From positions 1 to 42,755 of the IMG/VR virus record IMGVR_UViG_3300045970_000415: 42,755 bases of DNA. One strand, 5' to 3'. The position numbers were made by a program, and so were the translations under genes. Shown piece by piece: positions 16,421 to 26,337 of the stretch (position 1 is its first letter; the number at the start of each line of letters is the position of its first letter). The notes under the pieces are model-generated. The model was not told where the DNA came from. It saw nothing but the letters and a program-made list of their open reading frames with translations, and made no database searches. The DNA comes from a virus.

Positions 16421-17050
16421 TCACTTGACCGCTTTCTTCACCCACATAAAGGAACGGTTTCTATCCCGTATCAACCCAGGCGTTTTGGCGCGTGTGCCAA
16501 GCAGAAACCACGGCTTGATCATATAAGCATCCGTGAAGCCGTTGACTACCGATGTGACATGCATATTCTGCGATGGTCTGCGGAGCTTCTTGTAATCATG
16601 CCCAGAAACGATTCCGCCCACACGAACCTTCTTGCTCCAATAATACAGGTCTTGCGCCGCGTGCAGCCAATCATGGTTGCCGTCAATGTACACAAAGTCA
16701 AGGCTTTCATCTGGTATCTGTGCCGCCGCTTCAATGCTCGTCATGTGCAGCACGTGCGTGTTATATCCAGCCAGCCTGCGGAGCGCCTCCGCTTTTGCAT
16801 CTTCCATCCCGCCAATATAGAAATCATCGTAATTCTTCCAGACATCTACAAGGTACAGTGTGACTGTCGGGTTAGCCTTGCAGATAGCCTCGGAATATAT
16901 TCCTTTGAACACGCCAACCTCCGCGCCGATCTTGAATCCAAGTTCTGCGAATAAATTGACGAGTTGAAATCTCCCGTAATTCGGTATCTCGATCGGTGAA
17001 CGCCTGCTCGAAAGATTGAACTTATTCAAAATAAAATCAAGTGTATCCAT
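16421..17050 (-). CDS. Class I SAM-dependent methyltransferase (sugar O-methyltransferase-like)
   Basis: GAEVGVFKGIYS (motif I), FVYIDGNHDW, GGIVSGHDY. Confidence 0.65.
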   Translation of the reverse strand: MDTLDFILNKFNLSSRRSPIEIPNYGRFQLVNLFAELGFKIGAEVGVFKGIYSEAICKANPTVTLYLVDVWKNYDDFYIGGMEDAKAEALRRLAGYNTHVLHMTSIEAAAQIPDESLDFVYIDGNHDWLHAAQDLYYWSKKVRVGGIVSGHDYKKLRRPSQNMHVTSVVNGFTDAYMIKPWFLLGTRAKTPGLIRDRNRSFMWVKKAVK

Positions 17051-17053
17051 TTA

Positions 17054-18430
17054 TTATCCTATCTCAAAGTAATCATTGCTTGGATTGAAACTCAATTCAT
17101 GCGCCGTCACCGCATGTCCTATCAGGCGAATGATCTGCCCAGCCGCCGCCGATGGCGCGCTCTCCTGTATCGCTCCCGCTGTTGTCCCTGCGTATTGAGG
17201 AACGCCAACCGTCATGGCAAATACAGCATCACTTCGAACGCGCCCATTCACCAAAATTGTTGTTGGTTGCCCATCTCCGCTTGCGGCTAAAATGCAAATA
17301 CCCAGTCTGCCTTTTGTGGTCGCTTCCGCGTCTGCATCAACAAGCACCCATTTTGATGATGAATTAAAATAAACAAGATTACCAAAAGACAGTGCCGCGC
17401 CTGCTGTTCCGCTTTCTGTATCTCCAAAAAATTCACCATCTGCCAAACCAGATTTTACAGGCTCAATTCCAGGTATCTTGACATAAGAACAAAAATTATA
17501 TGCGCCGTATTTTATAGTTACATCAAGATCAGAAACTTCTGCAGTTTGAGCATAGAATTTGAATACATATCTATCGGACAAACTGACTGCTTGGTTGTTA
17601 TTTAGAAAATCTAGTCCATTATAAAAATACGCGCCTCCAGTTCCGTTCATATCCAAGCTGACGGCACTGGACGTTCCAACCAGGCTTTCCGAACCGCCTG
17701 AAATGCGTTTGTACATTTTCAAGCTTATCGTTGTTGCAGAGGCGGGAACTCTGGAAGTCATTCCCCAAAATAGAAAATCCCAGATGGCTTTATTTATATG
17801 CCGAGTTCCTAATTGTGGTGTTACCCAACAAAATAATTCAGTCTGCCCATCGGCGCTATTTATCGTAACTGTTTTTGTGGCTGGGCTTGTTGCTGTTGGC
17901 TCAAGCTTTGACATAGTGTAATAAGTGCTAATTCCAGACGGGGTATTAGTCAAATAAAGTGGATCTGCATATGATAGGTAGTTAACTTGAATGCCGCTAT
18001 CCTGAATATGTTTGCCAGTTGCATCTGAATAAGTGACTATATTTCCCGCCACACTTGGAACGGTATCACCCACCACGTCCCCCGTTCCGCCTGTAATGAT
18101 TGTGCCGCCGTTGTCGCCCACTCCTGAAACCACCACGCCATCCACCACAACTGCAAACGTGTACACCACACCATCGCTCGGGATCAATACTCCCAGCGGA
18201 GAGATTATCACTCCGCTGAACACCGCGCTGGTTGGGTCAGACGTCCCTCCTGGCACAGACGGCATGATGATCTCTTTATTCTGCTGGATCACCTGCGTGA
18301 TAAAGTTAGTCGTGTCGCCCGCCCGCATCTTCCTGAACTGGTCCTCCAGCCAGTCCACCCGCGTGAATAAGTTCCCCTTCTTCCCGTTGATTATTTTCTT
18401 ATAAAAATTCTCAAAAGTTTCATCTGGCAT
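17054..18430 (-). CDS. Tail fibre / receptor-binding protein
   Basis: 458 aa at the distal end of the tail module. Gly/Val/Thr-rich beta-type N-terminal half with an IVTYSDATGKHIQDSG fibre-like motif. TAATG overlap at 18430. Confidence 0.6.
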   Translation of the reverse strand: MPDETFENFYKKIINGKKGNLFTRVDWLEDQFRKMRAGDTTNFITQVIQQNKEIIMPSVPGGTSDPTSAVFSGVIISPLGVLIPSDGVVYTFAVVVDGVVVSGVGDNGGTIITGGTGDVVGDTVPSVAGNIVTYSDATGKHIQDSGIQVNYLSYADPLYLTNTPSGISTYYTMSKLEPTATSPATKTVTINSADGQTELFCWVTPQLGTRHINKAIWDFLFWGMTSRVPASATTISLKMYKRISGGSESLVGTSSAVSLDMNGTGGAYFYNGLDFLNNNQAVSLSDRYVFKFYAQTAEVSDLDVTIKYGAYNFCSYVKIPGIEPVKSGLADGEFFGDTESGTAGAALSFGNLVYFNSSSKWVLVDADAEATTKGRLGICILAASGDGQPTTILVNGRVRSDAVFAMTVGVPQYAGTTAGAIQESAPSAAAGQIIRLIGHAVTAHELSFNPSNDYFEIG

Positions 18431-19443
18431 TACAGCACCTTGCCCGTGAACAATTCAACCGTCCCGCGCGCCTCATCAAACCTATATCCCATAATGCGCA
18501 CATAGTCACTGTTGCCCAGTCCATCCCCATCAAACCCAACATTCGTGTACTTGTACTTCACAACATTTCCCAGGCGGATGTTCTTGAAAGTATTACCCAC
18601 ATTGACCACCGTCAGCGGGGTCGCAATATCGGGCGTCCGTTGCCGCCGTATCAATGCCTGCGCAAATCCTGGCAGCGCCCCATCATCCTGGTTGGTGATG
18701 TATTCTTTACGTGCCGCTCTCAACCCAAATTGACTGCGCGAAGCACTGTCCTCTTCAATAATGGAGGTCGGGCTTTCGCTCTGCTGGTTTGACATGGCAT
18801 GTATATAATTCAGGATCTCACCGCTTTCTTCCAGCGGCGTGTCTCCATATAAAATATTGCGCCCCTGCGATAATTCCAGATCCGTCACGATCCCAGCCCT
18901 TTCCAACCAATCCATGGAAATAGTTAATCTTCCGCTGGAATCTACGGCAGGCGTGCAGATCCAATCATGACCGTAGTTTTTACTAATTCCCTTGATGTGA
19001 GATAAAACCGTGTCAGTCAACATTTCAGAGGCGGAAACACCACTCTCTGTCATCCTACCCATTCGTATCAGTGTATCTTCATTCGAGTTCGCAAGATCAA
19101 CCAATTGATTAACCAATTCACTCGGCAATCCAGTGATCATCGTATTCACCGGGCTTAATCTGTAGTTCAGCAAGCTCATCGCTTCATATGCGTGTACTTC
19201 AACCAAGCCGCTTCTCCAGGTCCTCGGAGTGTCGATCATTCCAACCCAATCAGGCATCTGGTCGTGTTGCACAAGCAGAAAGTTTCCATACTCCAGCAGC
19301 TCGCGCCTGCACTTGTTGGAAAATGTTGAAATGGAAAATATCGCCTCGCCAACATCGTTGAGCAATGACGATCTAATGACCGCTGTTCTAATATCAGCGA
19401 TCGGAGTTCCATCTCGTCCGTAAACTGTCTTCAGTCCGCCCAT
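18430..19443 (-). CDS. Tail-tip / baseplate-hub-like structural protein
   Basis: Positioned between the distal tail protein and the fibre. ATG at 19443 overlaps the upstream stop (TAATG). The track start at 19467 is a TTG. Confidence 0.5.
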   Translation of the reverse strand: MGGLKTVYGRDGTPIADIRTAVIRSSLLNDVGEAIFSISTFSNKCRRELLEYGNFLLVQHDQMPDWVGMIDTPRTWRSGLVEVHAYEAMSLLNYRLSPVNTMITGLPSELVNQLVDLANSNEDTLIRMGRMTESGVSASEMLTDTVLSHIKGISKNYGHDWICTPAVDSSGRLTISMDWLERAGIVTDLELSQGRNILYGDTPLEESGEILNYIHAMSNQQSESPTSIIEEDSASRSQFGLRAARKEYITNQDDGALPGFAQALIRRQRTPDIATPLTVVNVGNTFKNIRLGNVVKYKYTNVGFDGDGLGNSDYVRIMGYRFDEARGTVELFTGKVL

Positions 19444-21416
19444 TAGATCGTATTCCTTCCGCGCCAACTGGTGACAATGGTTACATCAGATGTGCCAGCA
19501 TCGGACCATGCCAGCGTATTTGCGCCCGCCGAAAACGTCATCCATTCGTCACGCTTCTCGCCATTGAAGGACAACATTCCACGCACCCGCCTGCCGTCTG
19601 CGTTGTATACCTCCTGGTTGGCACAATCAATGGTCAGCGTCAGGCTGGTCTTTGTGATTACACCTTCGAACACTACAGTCTCTGCCGTAGTGTTGTTCTT
19701 GAGCGTTCCGCCAATCGTGTAGTTCTCTTGAGAGATGGCGATGGCCATTATCGTCGGTGGATCTGCAATGGTCAGTGTCACAGCGTTTAACTGTGCATAG
19801 CAAAGCGGTTGAGGTATTTGCCCGCCAGTGACTATAAAGTAAACACGCGGCGGATTGCTGAGAATGGCCTCATTGACAGAGATGGCCTCTACAGTTCCGT
19901 CCGTCAAAGCGGGCTGAGTGATGTTATATATCGAAGTTCCTGTCAAATCGATCTTATCAGTAAGCCAAACACTCACAGGCCATGCGGGGCTGGACGACCA
20001 GGTTGCCTTTTCTCCAGTGGCTTCGAAATTAGAGATACCACCTGCGTGGAAGAACACAAAACCTGCCGTCGTAAACAACTTATTGATATTGATGATGGCT
20101 GACACAACCGCGGGGTTCGCAATCGCGTCTGGAACATATAAAACCTTATTGCCAATCCTGATATATTCGCGTGTTTCAGACCATGGCCAATACGTGTTGT
20201 ACTGCGTAGCCGCGCCTGCCTGCTTGGCTTGCGCTGGCTGGTCGCTATTTCTAATGGTTCCGAACGTGGCGTAGATGAAGTCGCTATTGGTTGAGTCGAC
20301 TTTATCAAAAGCGGGTCCATATGTCGTTGCACTTTTCACCAACGGAGGAGTGGCCGCTGCATTCTTGTACAACAACCATATTTCGTTTTCGATCCAAAAC
20401 GCTTCTGTGCTTATCGTGTGAGACGCGAGGGAACTGCCTTTCGCGCCACGCTCCACCAGCGTAAACGTTGCGCGCTTGGTAGTCGCATTGACTGTATAAG
20501 TGGAATAGGTAAATAATTCATTTTCAATTTGGAGCGTCCCGTTCTCTGGAATAGTAATGGCGGTGTCTGTGTAGGATAAATCTATTGTCGCAGGCTGAGT
20601 GCTGTTGTTCAAAGCAGTTTCAAGCGCAAACGTTGGCTGAACCGAAAAGTTTAGGTTCACCCAAATTTTAGTTGAGGTGCTGTTCATTCCACCACCGCCG
20701 AACCACCTGTCTGCCTCTATCCCGTTGACACTAACTCTCACATCGTCACCAGAGGCCAGCATATCTCCAGCCGTGACAAGCGTTGCAGTATCCAGCCCGC
20801 CGTCTGTAATATCAACAGGAAGCTTCGTCATTCCCCAGCCGCTCGTGTGGATGGCATAAAATGTTTTCTTCTTATATCCCGCTCCCTTCGTGGCGTTCGG
20901 CGTGATCTCAAAGATCGGCAGCGCAGGCACATTCCCCACCGCTGTGATCACGTTCGTATCCGTCCCGCTCGTAATGTTCCAGGTATCCGTGTTCAGATCG
21001 TTCTCGATCCAATACGGAGCGGACAGCGCCAGCGTGATGTTATATAGGTTCTTCATTGCGCCTTCCACCAGCATCGGCGGCGTCACGGGGTAGCCTTCCA
21101 AATACCAATCCTTATTCCCGTTGTCAATATCCAGCCCCACCAGTTTCCGCAATGTGAAATCGTTCGGCATGAACCAGCCGCACAATATATCCCGTTGACT
21201 CTCCAGGTCTGCGTCCGTGCTTCCCAACAACTGCACCTGAAACGTATAGTACGTTCCTGCCAGTGTCTTTCCACTCAGAACAGGGTCGCTCTGTCCCAGG
21301 TCAATGAAATTCGCCGTCGCTGAAGACATCCCATTCCCCACGCCGATCGGTACGCGCGCTTCATAATCGCTGTCGTCCAGGCTGTGCCCGTCCCATGTGC
21401 TGATCGCCATTCTCAT
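19443..21416 (-). CDS. Distal tail / tail-tip structural protein (large)
   Basis: 657 aa immediately after the tape measure, with a TAATG overlap at 21416. Confidence 0.55.
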   Translation of the reverse strand: MRMAISTWDGHSLDDSDYEARVPIGVGNGMSSATANFIDLGQSDPVLSGKTLAGTYYTFQVQLLGSTDADLESQRDILCGWFMPNDFTLRKLVGLDIDNGNKDWYLEGYPVTPPMLVEGAMKNLYNITLALSAPYWIENDLNTDTWNITSGTDTNVITAVGNVPALPIFEITPNATKGAGYKKKTFYAIHTSGWGMTKLPVDITDGGLDTATLVTAGDMLASGDDVRVSVNGIEADRWFGGGGMNSTSTKIWVNLNFSVQPTFALETALNNSTQPATIDLSYTDTAITIPENGTLQIENELFTYSTYTVNATTKRATFTLVERGAKGSSLASHTISTEAFWIENEIWLLYKNAAATPPLVKSATTYGPAFDKVDSTNSDFIYATFGTIRNSDQPAQAKQAGAATQYNTYWPWSETREYIRIGNKVLYVPDAIANPAVVSAIININKLFTTAGFVFFHAGGISNFEATGEKATWSSSPAWPVSVWLTDKIDLTGTSIYNITQPALTDGTVEAISVNEAILSNPPRVYFIVTGGQIPQPLCYAQLNAVTLTIADPPTIMAIAISQENYTIGGTLKNNTTAETVVFEGVITKTSLTLTIDCANQEVYNADGRRVRGMLSFNGEKRDEWMTFSAGANTLAWSDAGTSDVTIVTSWRGRNTI

Positions 21417-23398
21417 TATACGAATCCTTTCAGTGTCTTCTTCGGGTCAGTCTTACCCGAGTAGATCGTGATCTGTGGGTTGTAATAATTCACCGTCCCG
21501 CTGTTCCCCGGCATTCTCCCCCCCTGTGGGATCACCGCGAATGTCTCACCGCTGGTCAGTCCCATCCCATAAGTATCGTTCGGGAATCCGCTTGGCACCG
21601 TCTGCCAGCCATCCGTTCCAGTCGCAAAGCCTGTTCTTCCTTTCGGTTTTGGCTTGGATGCGGGCGTATTTGAAGCGATGGCTGATCCACCCGTCGCAAA
21701 GCCGCTGAAAATTCCTTTCACTGCACCAAACAAACTGCTCGCCGCATTTATCAAAGCGGGAGCTGCTCCCAAAAATCCTTTAACCAAACTATCAATAAAG
21801 CTCTTGCCAACGTCAGACCAGGAAATTCCAGCAAGCCATGATTTCAATCCGGAGATTGCGGCAGAGAATATTGTTTCGATATTCTTCCAGCCTGCTTGCA
21901 GGATTATGCCGAATGCTTTCCAAGTGTTATCCCAAATTCCGCGCAAGGCCACACCGAGCGCATCCCAATCCCCAGAAAATATCGCCTGAAACGCTGAGAA
22001 AATTAAACGTATGTTTGCCAGGCCAAGTTGAAGGTATCCCTTTATTGCGTTAATGGTAGTAAACCAAATCGCAGAGAGTGCGCCTAGTTTCCCCTGTGTC
22101 AATTCTTGAATGAATTGCATTCCACTTTGGATTACAGACGTGATAAAACTCCATGCCGCACTGATCGCAGGCACGAGGGTATTTGTCCAGAAGCTCGACA
22201 ACGCCGTGATTGCCAGCGGAATATTGATCGAAAGCCAGTTCCAAATGTTTTGCAATATAGGCTGAAGCCACGCCCACACTGCAGCGGTCTTTTGCTGAAT
22301 GCCGCCCCAGTTTTGGGTCCATGCAGTATATAAAAGATATGCCGCCAGGCCAATTGCCGCAAAAGTTAATATGACTGGAGCCATGCTAATAATGGTTGAA
22401 ATTGCAAATGCAATAACTGCCGAACCAAGTATCGCCAATATTGCAACAACAACACCCTTGTTATTTTGCAGCCAGGCAAAGGCATCCTTAAATTGCTGAA
22501 TAAAATTCGGAATGTTATTTACAGCCGTGCTTGCCAAATTAGCTATGGATGTAGATAACCTATCAATAAATGCCTGCACTTCAGGCCGATTGATGTAGTC
22601 ACTGAATGTAGTTGCCAGATCTCCTAGAACAGGCAGTAATTTTTTCCCAACACTCTCACGGATATTTCCAAGCTTCACATCTAGGATGGCGAGCTGCCCT
22701 GCAAACGTTTTACCCGCCGCCTCTGCGCTTCCGCCAAATTCAGTGGATAATTCCTTGAGGATTAATATTTGTTTCTCCTCCTTGCTCATCAAAGGAGTAA
22801 ACTTTTTCCTAAGCTCATCAACGTTGACGCCCACCCTGGCCAGAGCGCCAAGGCCAGCGTCAGGATCTTGAAGCGCTTTCCCTAATTGTATGGACGTTGC
22901 CTGCAGCTGTTCAGCGCTGGGAATTGCTCCGCCGTTCATCGCGGTAGCCATGTCTGTTACAGCCTTGGTGGCGCCGGGGAATACATTCTTCCCAATATCG
23001 GTGAACGTCAACAGCATGCTCTGGGCGCTTACAAGCGCCTCATCGTCAATGCCTGTTTTCATGGCCGTTGCATCGGCCAGCGCATTGACTTGAGAAGCTG
23101 TAATCCCCGCAATTCCACTCGTCGATTGCAATACTGAATTTAATTGTGACTGGACTCGTTCGTTGTCAACCGCAGCCTGCACATCAGCACGCAGCTCAGT
23201 AGTAAAAGCGGCCAGACCTACGGCGCCAGCAATAAAGGCGGCTCCCAATACACGGCCACCAATGCCAGCCACCTTGCTTCCAAGTGCCTGCATCTTGCTT
23301 TGAAAACTATCGACAGTGTTCGCTGAACGCTTCATGCCAGATTCGAATTCGCTACTATCAACTACTAATTTTGATGTGATCGTTGCCGCGGTTGTCAT
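21416..23398 (-). CDS. Tail tape measure protein
   Basis: 660 aa, helical Ala/Gln-rich N-terminal half, hydrophobic Trp/Ala/Ile-rich central region. It directly follows the frameshifted chaperone pair. Confidence 0.85.
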   Translation of the reverse strand: MTTAATITSKLVVDSSEFESGMKRSANTVDSFQSKMQALGSKVAGIGGRVLGAAFIAGAVGLAAFTTELRADVQAAVDNERVQSQLNSVLQSTSGIAGITASQVNALADATAMKTGIDDEALVSAQSMLLTFTDIGKNVFPGATKAVTDMATAMNGGAIPSAEQLQATSIQLGKALQDPDAGLGALARVGVNVDELRKKFTPLMSKEEKQILILKELSTEFGGSAEAAGKTFAGQLAILDVKLGNIRESVGKKLLPVLGDLATTFSDYINRPEVQAFIDRLSTSIANLASTAVNNIPNFIQQFKDAFAWLQNNKGVVVAILAILGSAVIAFAISTIISMAPVILTFAAIGLAAYLLYTAWTQNWGGIQQKTAAVWAWLQPILQNIWNWLSINIPLAITALSSFWTNTLVPAISAAWSFITSVIQSGMQFIQELTQGKLGALSAIWFTTINAIKGYLQLGLANIRLIFSAFQAIFSGDWDALGVALRGIWDNTWKAFGIILQAGWKNIETIFSAAISGLKSWLAGISWSDVGKSFIDSLVKGFLGAAPALINAASSLFGAVKGIFSGFATGGSAIASNTPASKPKPKGRTGFATGTDGWQTVPSGFPNDTYGMGLTSGETFAVIPQGGRMPGNSGTVNYYNPQITIYSGKTDPKKTLKGFV

Positions 23399-23748
23399 TT
23401 GATTCTAAAGTCCTGTTTTACTGCCTGCAAAATTTTCTTCCTTCGTTCTTCAAGCGGCAGATCTTCCAGATTAGATTTCTCTTTTAATTGATTCAAAATT
23501 TCATTCAACGGATCGCGCAGAAATTCACTTGGCGCTTTGGCTGTCTGTGAAGCGGCATTATGGATCATGGCGATAATGCGCACCGTATTGATTTCTTCGT
23601 TCTCCCAGCCCCACGGCTCGAGCAGGTAGAATAATTGCCAGCTTCGATATTCTGGGTAGGAGAGTGCGTGAACTTCTCCAAGGCTTCGGCGGAGGAGCGA
23701 CCCTAAACGATGATCAAACATTCGTTCAGGGTCGCTGATTAGTTTTTT
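23395..23748 (-). CDS. Tail assembly chaperone T-like extension, reached by a -1 frameshift from 23739..24185
   Basis: The -1 frame from the slippery site reads KKLISDPERMFDHRLGSLL... without a stop, in frame with ORF 23395..23721. Confidence 0.7.
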   Translation of the reverse strand, partial: KKLISDPERMFDHRLGSLLRRSLGEVHALSYPEYRSWQLFYLLEPWGWENEEINTVRIIAMIHNAASQTAKAPSEFLRDPLNEILNQLKEKSNLEDLPLEERRKKILQAVKQDFRIK

Positions 23749-24185
23749 ATCTCCTCTTTCAGCGCCTCTTCAGAGGTTATTTCTCCGCGTGCGATCTTCG
23801 CTTCAGTATCCATGCCAGAGAATTTAACGATCTCGCTCGCGATCCAGCCAATGGCCTCGCCGTTTCTTTCATTCAGTTTGTCAAGATCGGCCTGCTTAAA
23901 CATTGGCTTGCCATCGGCATCACAGATACTGCACACACACAGCCAGGCATCATGGCCATAAATATTAATGGCAGAGATTTCCTGATTTTTCGCCTTGGCA
24001 TCCTGCCTCATGCGTGTATCGCCGTATTGCCGCTTCAAATAATTATCCTGTTGGCCACGAGTGAGCTGCTTGATCTTGATCGTTCGCCCCCCCCAAACAG
24101 GAATGGTATCGGGCACCATGATGTCCTTGGTGGCGATATCATTCATTCCGAAAATTTCTTCGCGTGTCAAATAAACTGGTGTCAT
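23739..24185 (-). CDS. Tail assembly chaperone (G-like)
   Basis: 148 aa, between the major tail protein and the tape measure. Acidic C-terminus with a slippery site at its end. Confidence 0.7.
   Translation of the reverse strand: MTPVYLTREEIFGMNDIATKDIMVPDTIPVWGGRTIKIKQLTRGQQDNYLKRQYGDTRMRQDAKAKNQEISAINIYGHDAWLCVCSICDADGKPMFKQADLDKLNERNGEAIGWIASEIVKFSGMDTEAKIARGEITSEEALKEEIKN
23742..23748 (-). promoter_or_regulatory. Programmed -1 ribosomal frameshift slippery heptamer A_AAA_AAC
   Basis: Minus strand ...GAG ATA AAA AAC TAA. The heptamer is in the correct X_XXY_YYZ register and ends at the last sense codon of the G-like ORF. Confidence 0.7.
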
Positions 24186-24197
24186 TGGGATCTCTTT

Positions 24198-24635
24198 CTA
24201 TAATGGGGTGATGACGGGTTTGCCGGTGACCTTGATCTTGCCAGACAATTGGCCTTGCTTTTCTAAAGGCAGATCAGGCTCGTGAGCAGTGACGAACCCA
24301 CTGAATGCGATCGAAACGATATCAGGGACGGTAATCTTCCAGTGATGGATAACATCATCGTTGAACGAAGCATGCAGACCTGTGTCCGAATCATCCTGGG
24401 TTGCATTTACGGGCAGCCAGTTTGCTTCATATCCAACTTCCCCGCCATCGCGCCAGGCTGAGAGGTATTCGCGATACCCATTTGGAGACAACGTATGCGT
24501 GACTTCAATCTTGTCACGAGATAAATTCGGAGGCGTGAGTTTGGTGATCTCAGCCACTGGCGTAAATACTTCAGTGGGAGTCGCACCATCTCCTGCTTCC
24601 AAGGTTGATCCATAAGCCCAAAATGCTTCCGACAT
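24198..24635 (-). CDS. Major tail (tube) protein
   Basis: 145 aa. Called from its position upstream of the chaperones. Confidence 0.6.
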   Translation of the reverse strand: MSEAFWAYGSTLEAGDGATPTEVFTPVAEITKLTPPNLSRDKIEVTHTLSPNGYREYLSAWRDGGEVGYEANWLPVNATQDDSDTGLHASFNDDVIHHWKITVPDIVSIAFSGFVTAHEPDLPLEKQGQLSGKIKVTGKPVITPL

Positions 24636-24660
24636 GATATTTCTCCTTTTTAATTATTCG

Positions 24661-25074
24661 TTATGCCATCTCGTTGTAGTTGATGGCGAATATCTGTTCA
24701 ACTCTGAACAGTCCAACGTTCTCATTATCATTATCGCGCTTCCCCTTGCGGAAGCATCCGCCTACATACACGCTTCCGTCTCCCATCGCGCCTTTATAAC
24801 CATCTATTGCCGCCATGATCTGGTCTGCAACTGCGTGTTTGGATTTATAGGAACCACCCCAGGCATCCAGTTGCACACGCGCAGTGTACAAATTTTGATG
24901 ATCGTGAGTAGGTATGACAGGCTCGTCGAGCAGTTTATATACAATCAACGGCAATTGATTCGGCGTCTCGCTTGTGCTGGCAGGGATAGTGTCTGGATAG
25001 ATCCTCGTGCCCACTAAGGCAGATAACCCTGCATGGTCAAGCAAATGTTTTGTCAAGGCAGATAGGATGCTCAT
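24661..25074 (-). CDS. Tail completion / tail terminator-like protein (DUF3168-like)
   Basis: 137 aa. The N-terminus MSILSALTKHLLDHAGLSALVGTRIYPD resembles this family. Position is consistent. Confidence 0.5.
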   Translation of the reverse strand: MSILSALTKHLLDHAGLSALVGTRIYPDTIPASTSETPNQLPLIVYKLLDEPVIPTHDHQNLYTARVQLDAWGGSYKSKHAVADQIMAAIDGYKGAMGDGSVYVGGCFRKGKRDNDNENVGLFRVEQIFAINYNEMA

Positions 25075-25523
25075 ATATTGTTCTCGATCTCGATCTGCAG
25101 ATTCGCCAGTATGGCTTCATTAATTTCACTCATATAGTTTTCTGCAGCTGGCTTCATGTATGGCCGCGCAGGCAATGTCACAGACCAGGCGGCACGGCTT
25201 TCCCCTGCTTCATTCACCCAGAACAGCATCTTCGCGTTGACCGGCACGATCGTTCCGCCCAACTCCTGGATGCGTCCATAAATGGCAGTGGGTCCCACTT
25301 CCACAACGGCCTGATTCGCAGCCGAACTCACCAACGTAGTTTGTATGCTGCCTGCAAGATTACCCAGCTTGTTTTCGAATGTTTCCTCTACTTTTTTTTT
25401 TGCCTGCGCCTCGATCACCAGACCACCAGCCATGGCCACCTTGCCAAGCACTTCGCCGCGTATAGTTTCACCAAGGTTTCTCAATGCTTCAGCATACTCA
25501 GGTACTGTATATGTTTGGCTCAT
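25071..25523 (-). CDS. HK97 gp10-like head-tail joining protein
   Basis: 150 aa. Called from position and general sequence character. ATGA-type overlaps on both sides. Confidence 0.5.
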   Translation of the reverse strand: MSQTYTVPEYAEALRNLGETIRGEVLGKVAMAGGLVIEAQAKKKVEETFENKLGNLAGSIQTTLVSSAANQAVVEVGPTAIYGRIQELGGTIVPVNAKMLFWVNEAGESRAAWSVTLPARPYMKPAAENYMSEINEAILANLQIEIENNI

Positions 25524-25909
25524 ACAACGATCCTCCGGAGCAGGATCCGCACGCCCGAAGGCCCGCGCTGGATCGGCGAAACGATTTCATAAGTCAACGG
25601 CGCGGGCAACTCACCAAAACGTTTGGTGATCTGAATACGATCGGTCTCTTTGAGCGAAACATTCAAGGGCAGTCGCAAAACAGCGTCGTATTGAATAGCC
25701 GTTAAATCAGCTTCATGCCGCTCAGAGCCTGGATTCATATCCAGTCCACACTCATACGAGCTGGAAGCTGTATAGCTCGGCGCATCGGCTTCATTGAACT
25801 CATTTGCCGTCCCAGCCGCATACACCAGCACCACACATTCATCCATCATGTGGCCTGTCTGCGTCTGGCGCATTCCTTCAAGTTCAATGTCAGTAAAGAT
25901 ATAGCTCAT
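25520..25909 (-). CDS. Head closure / head-tail adaptor protein
   Basis: 129 aa. Called from position between the connector and the gp10-like gene. Confidence 0.5.
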   Translation of the reverse strand: MSYIFTDIELEGMRQTQTGHMMDECVVLVYAAGTANEFNEADAPSYTASSSYECGLDMNPGSERHEADLTAIQYDAVLRLPLNVSLKETDRIQITKRFGELPAPLTYEIVSPIQRGPSGVRILLRRIVV

Positions 25910-26322
25910 GCGCGGTTGGTCTCATACGTTCGTTCGCGTGTTTCAGGCACCACCAGAATGATCGTGCCGGGGTTGCGCCGTGCCAGATGCCAGCGTACTT
26001 GATCCGTATATTGCTTCTTGACCTGGCTCGCAGAATAACTTCCGCCGTCCGCATTAAAATCAAACTTATGCGCCACTGCCGCCGCTTTTTCTTCCCAGAT
26101 CTCCGCCGCCGCCATGTGCAGATCATATGTCTCCGTCCAGTCAGGGTTCGCCATTAGCGTCCCTGGCAATATCGTGGATGGCACCAAAGGACTCTCACCG
26201 TTTTTATCCACAGTCTGATACGTCTCGATGATCGTCGTCAACAACGCGTCGCTATACGTTGCGTCCGTTGGCTCGGCGGTCATGCGCCTCAATCGTGCGA
26301 TCTGTGCGGCAAGTACTGTCAT
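25906..26322 (-). CDS. Head-tail connector (gp6-like) protein
   Basis: 138 aa. The N-terminus LAAQIARLRRMTAEPTDATYSDALLTTIIETY is typical of this family. Confidence 0.55.
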   Translation of the reverse strand: MTVLAAQIARLRRMTAEPTDATYSDALLTTIIETYQTVDKNGESPLVPSTILPGTLMANPDWTETYDLHMAAAEIWEEKAAAVAHKFDFNADGGSYSASQVKKQYTDQVRWHLARRNPGTIILVVPETRERTYETNRA

Positions 26323-26337
26323 AACATTGCTCCGGCT

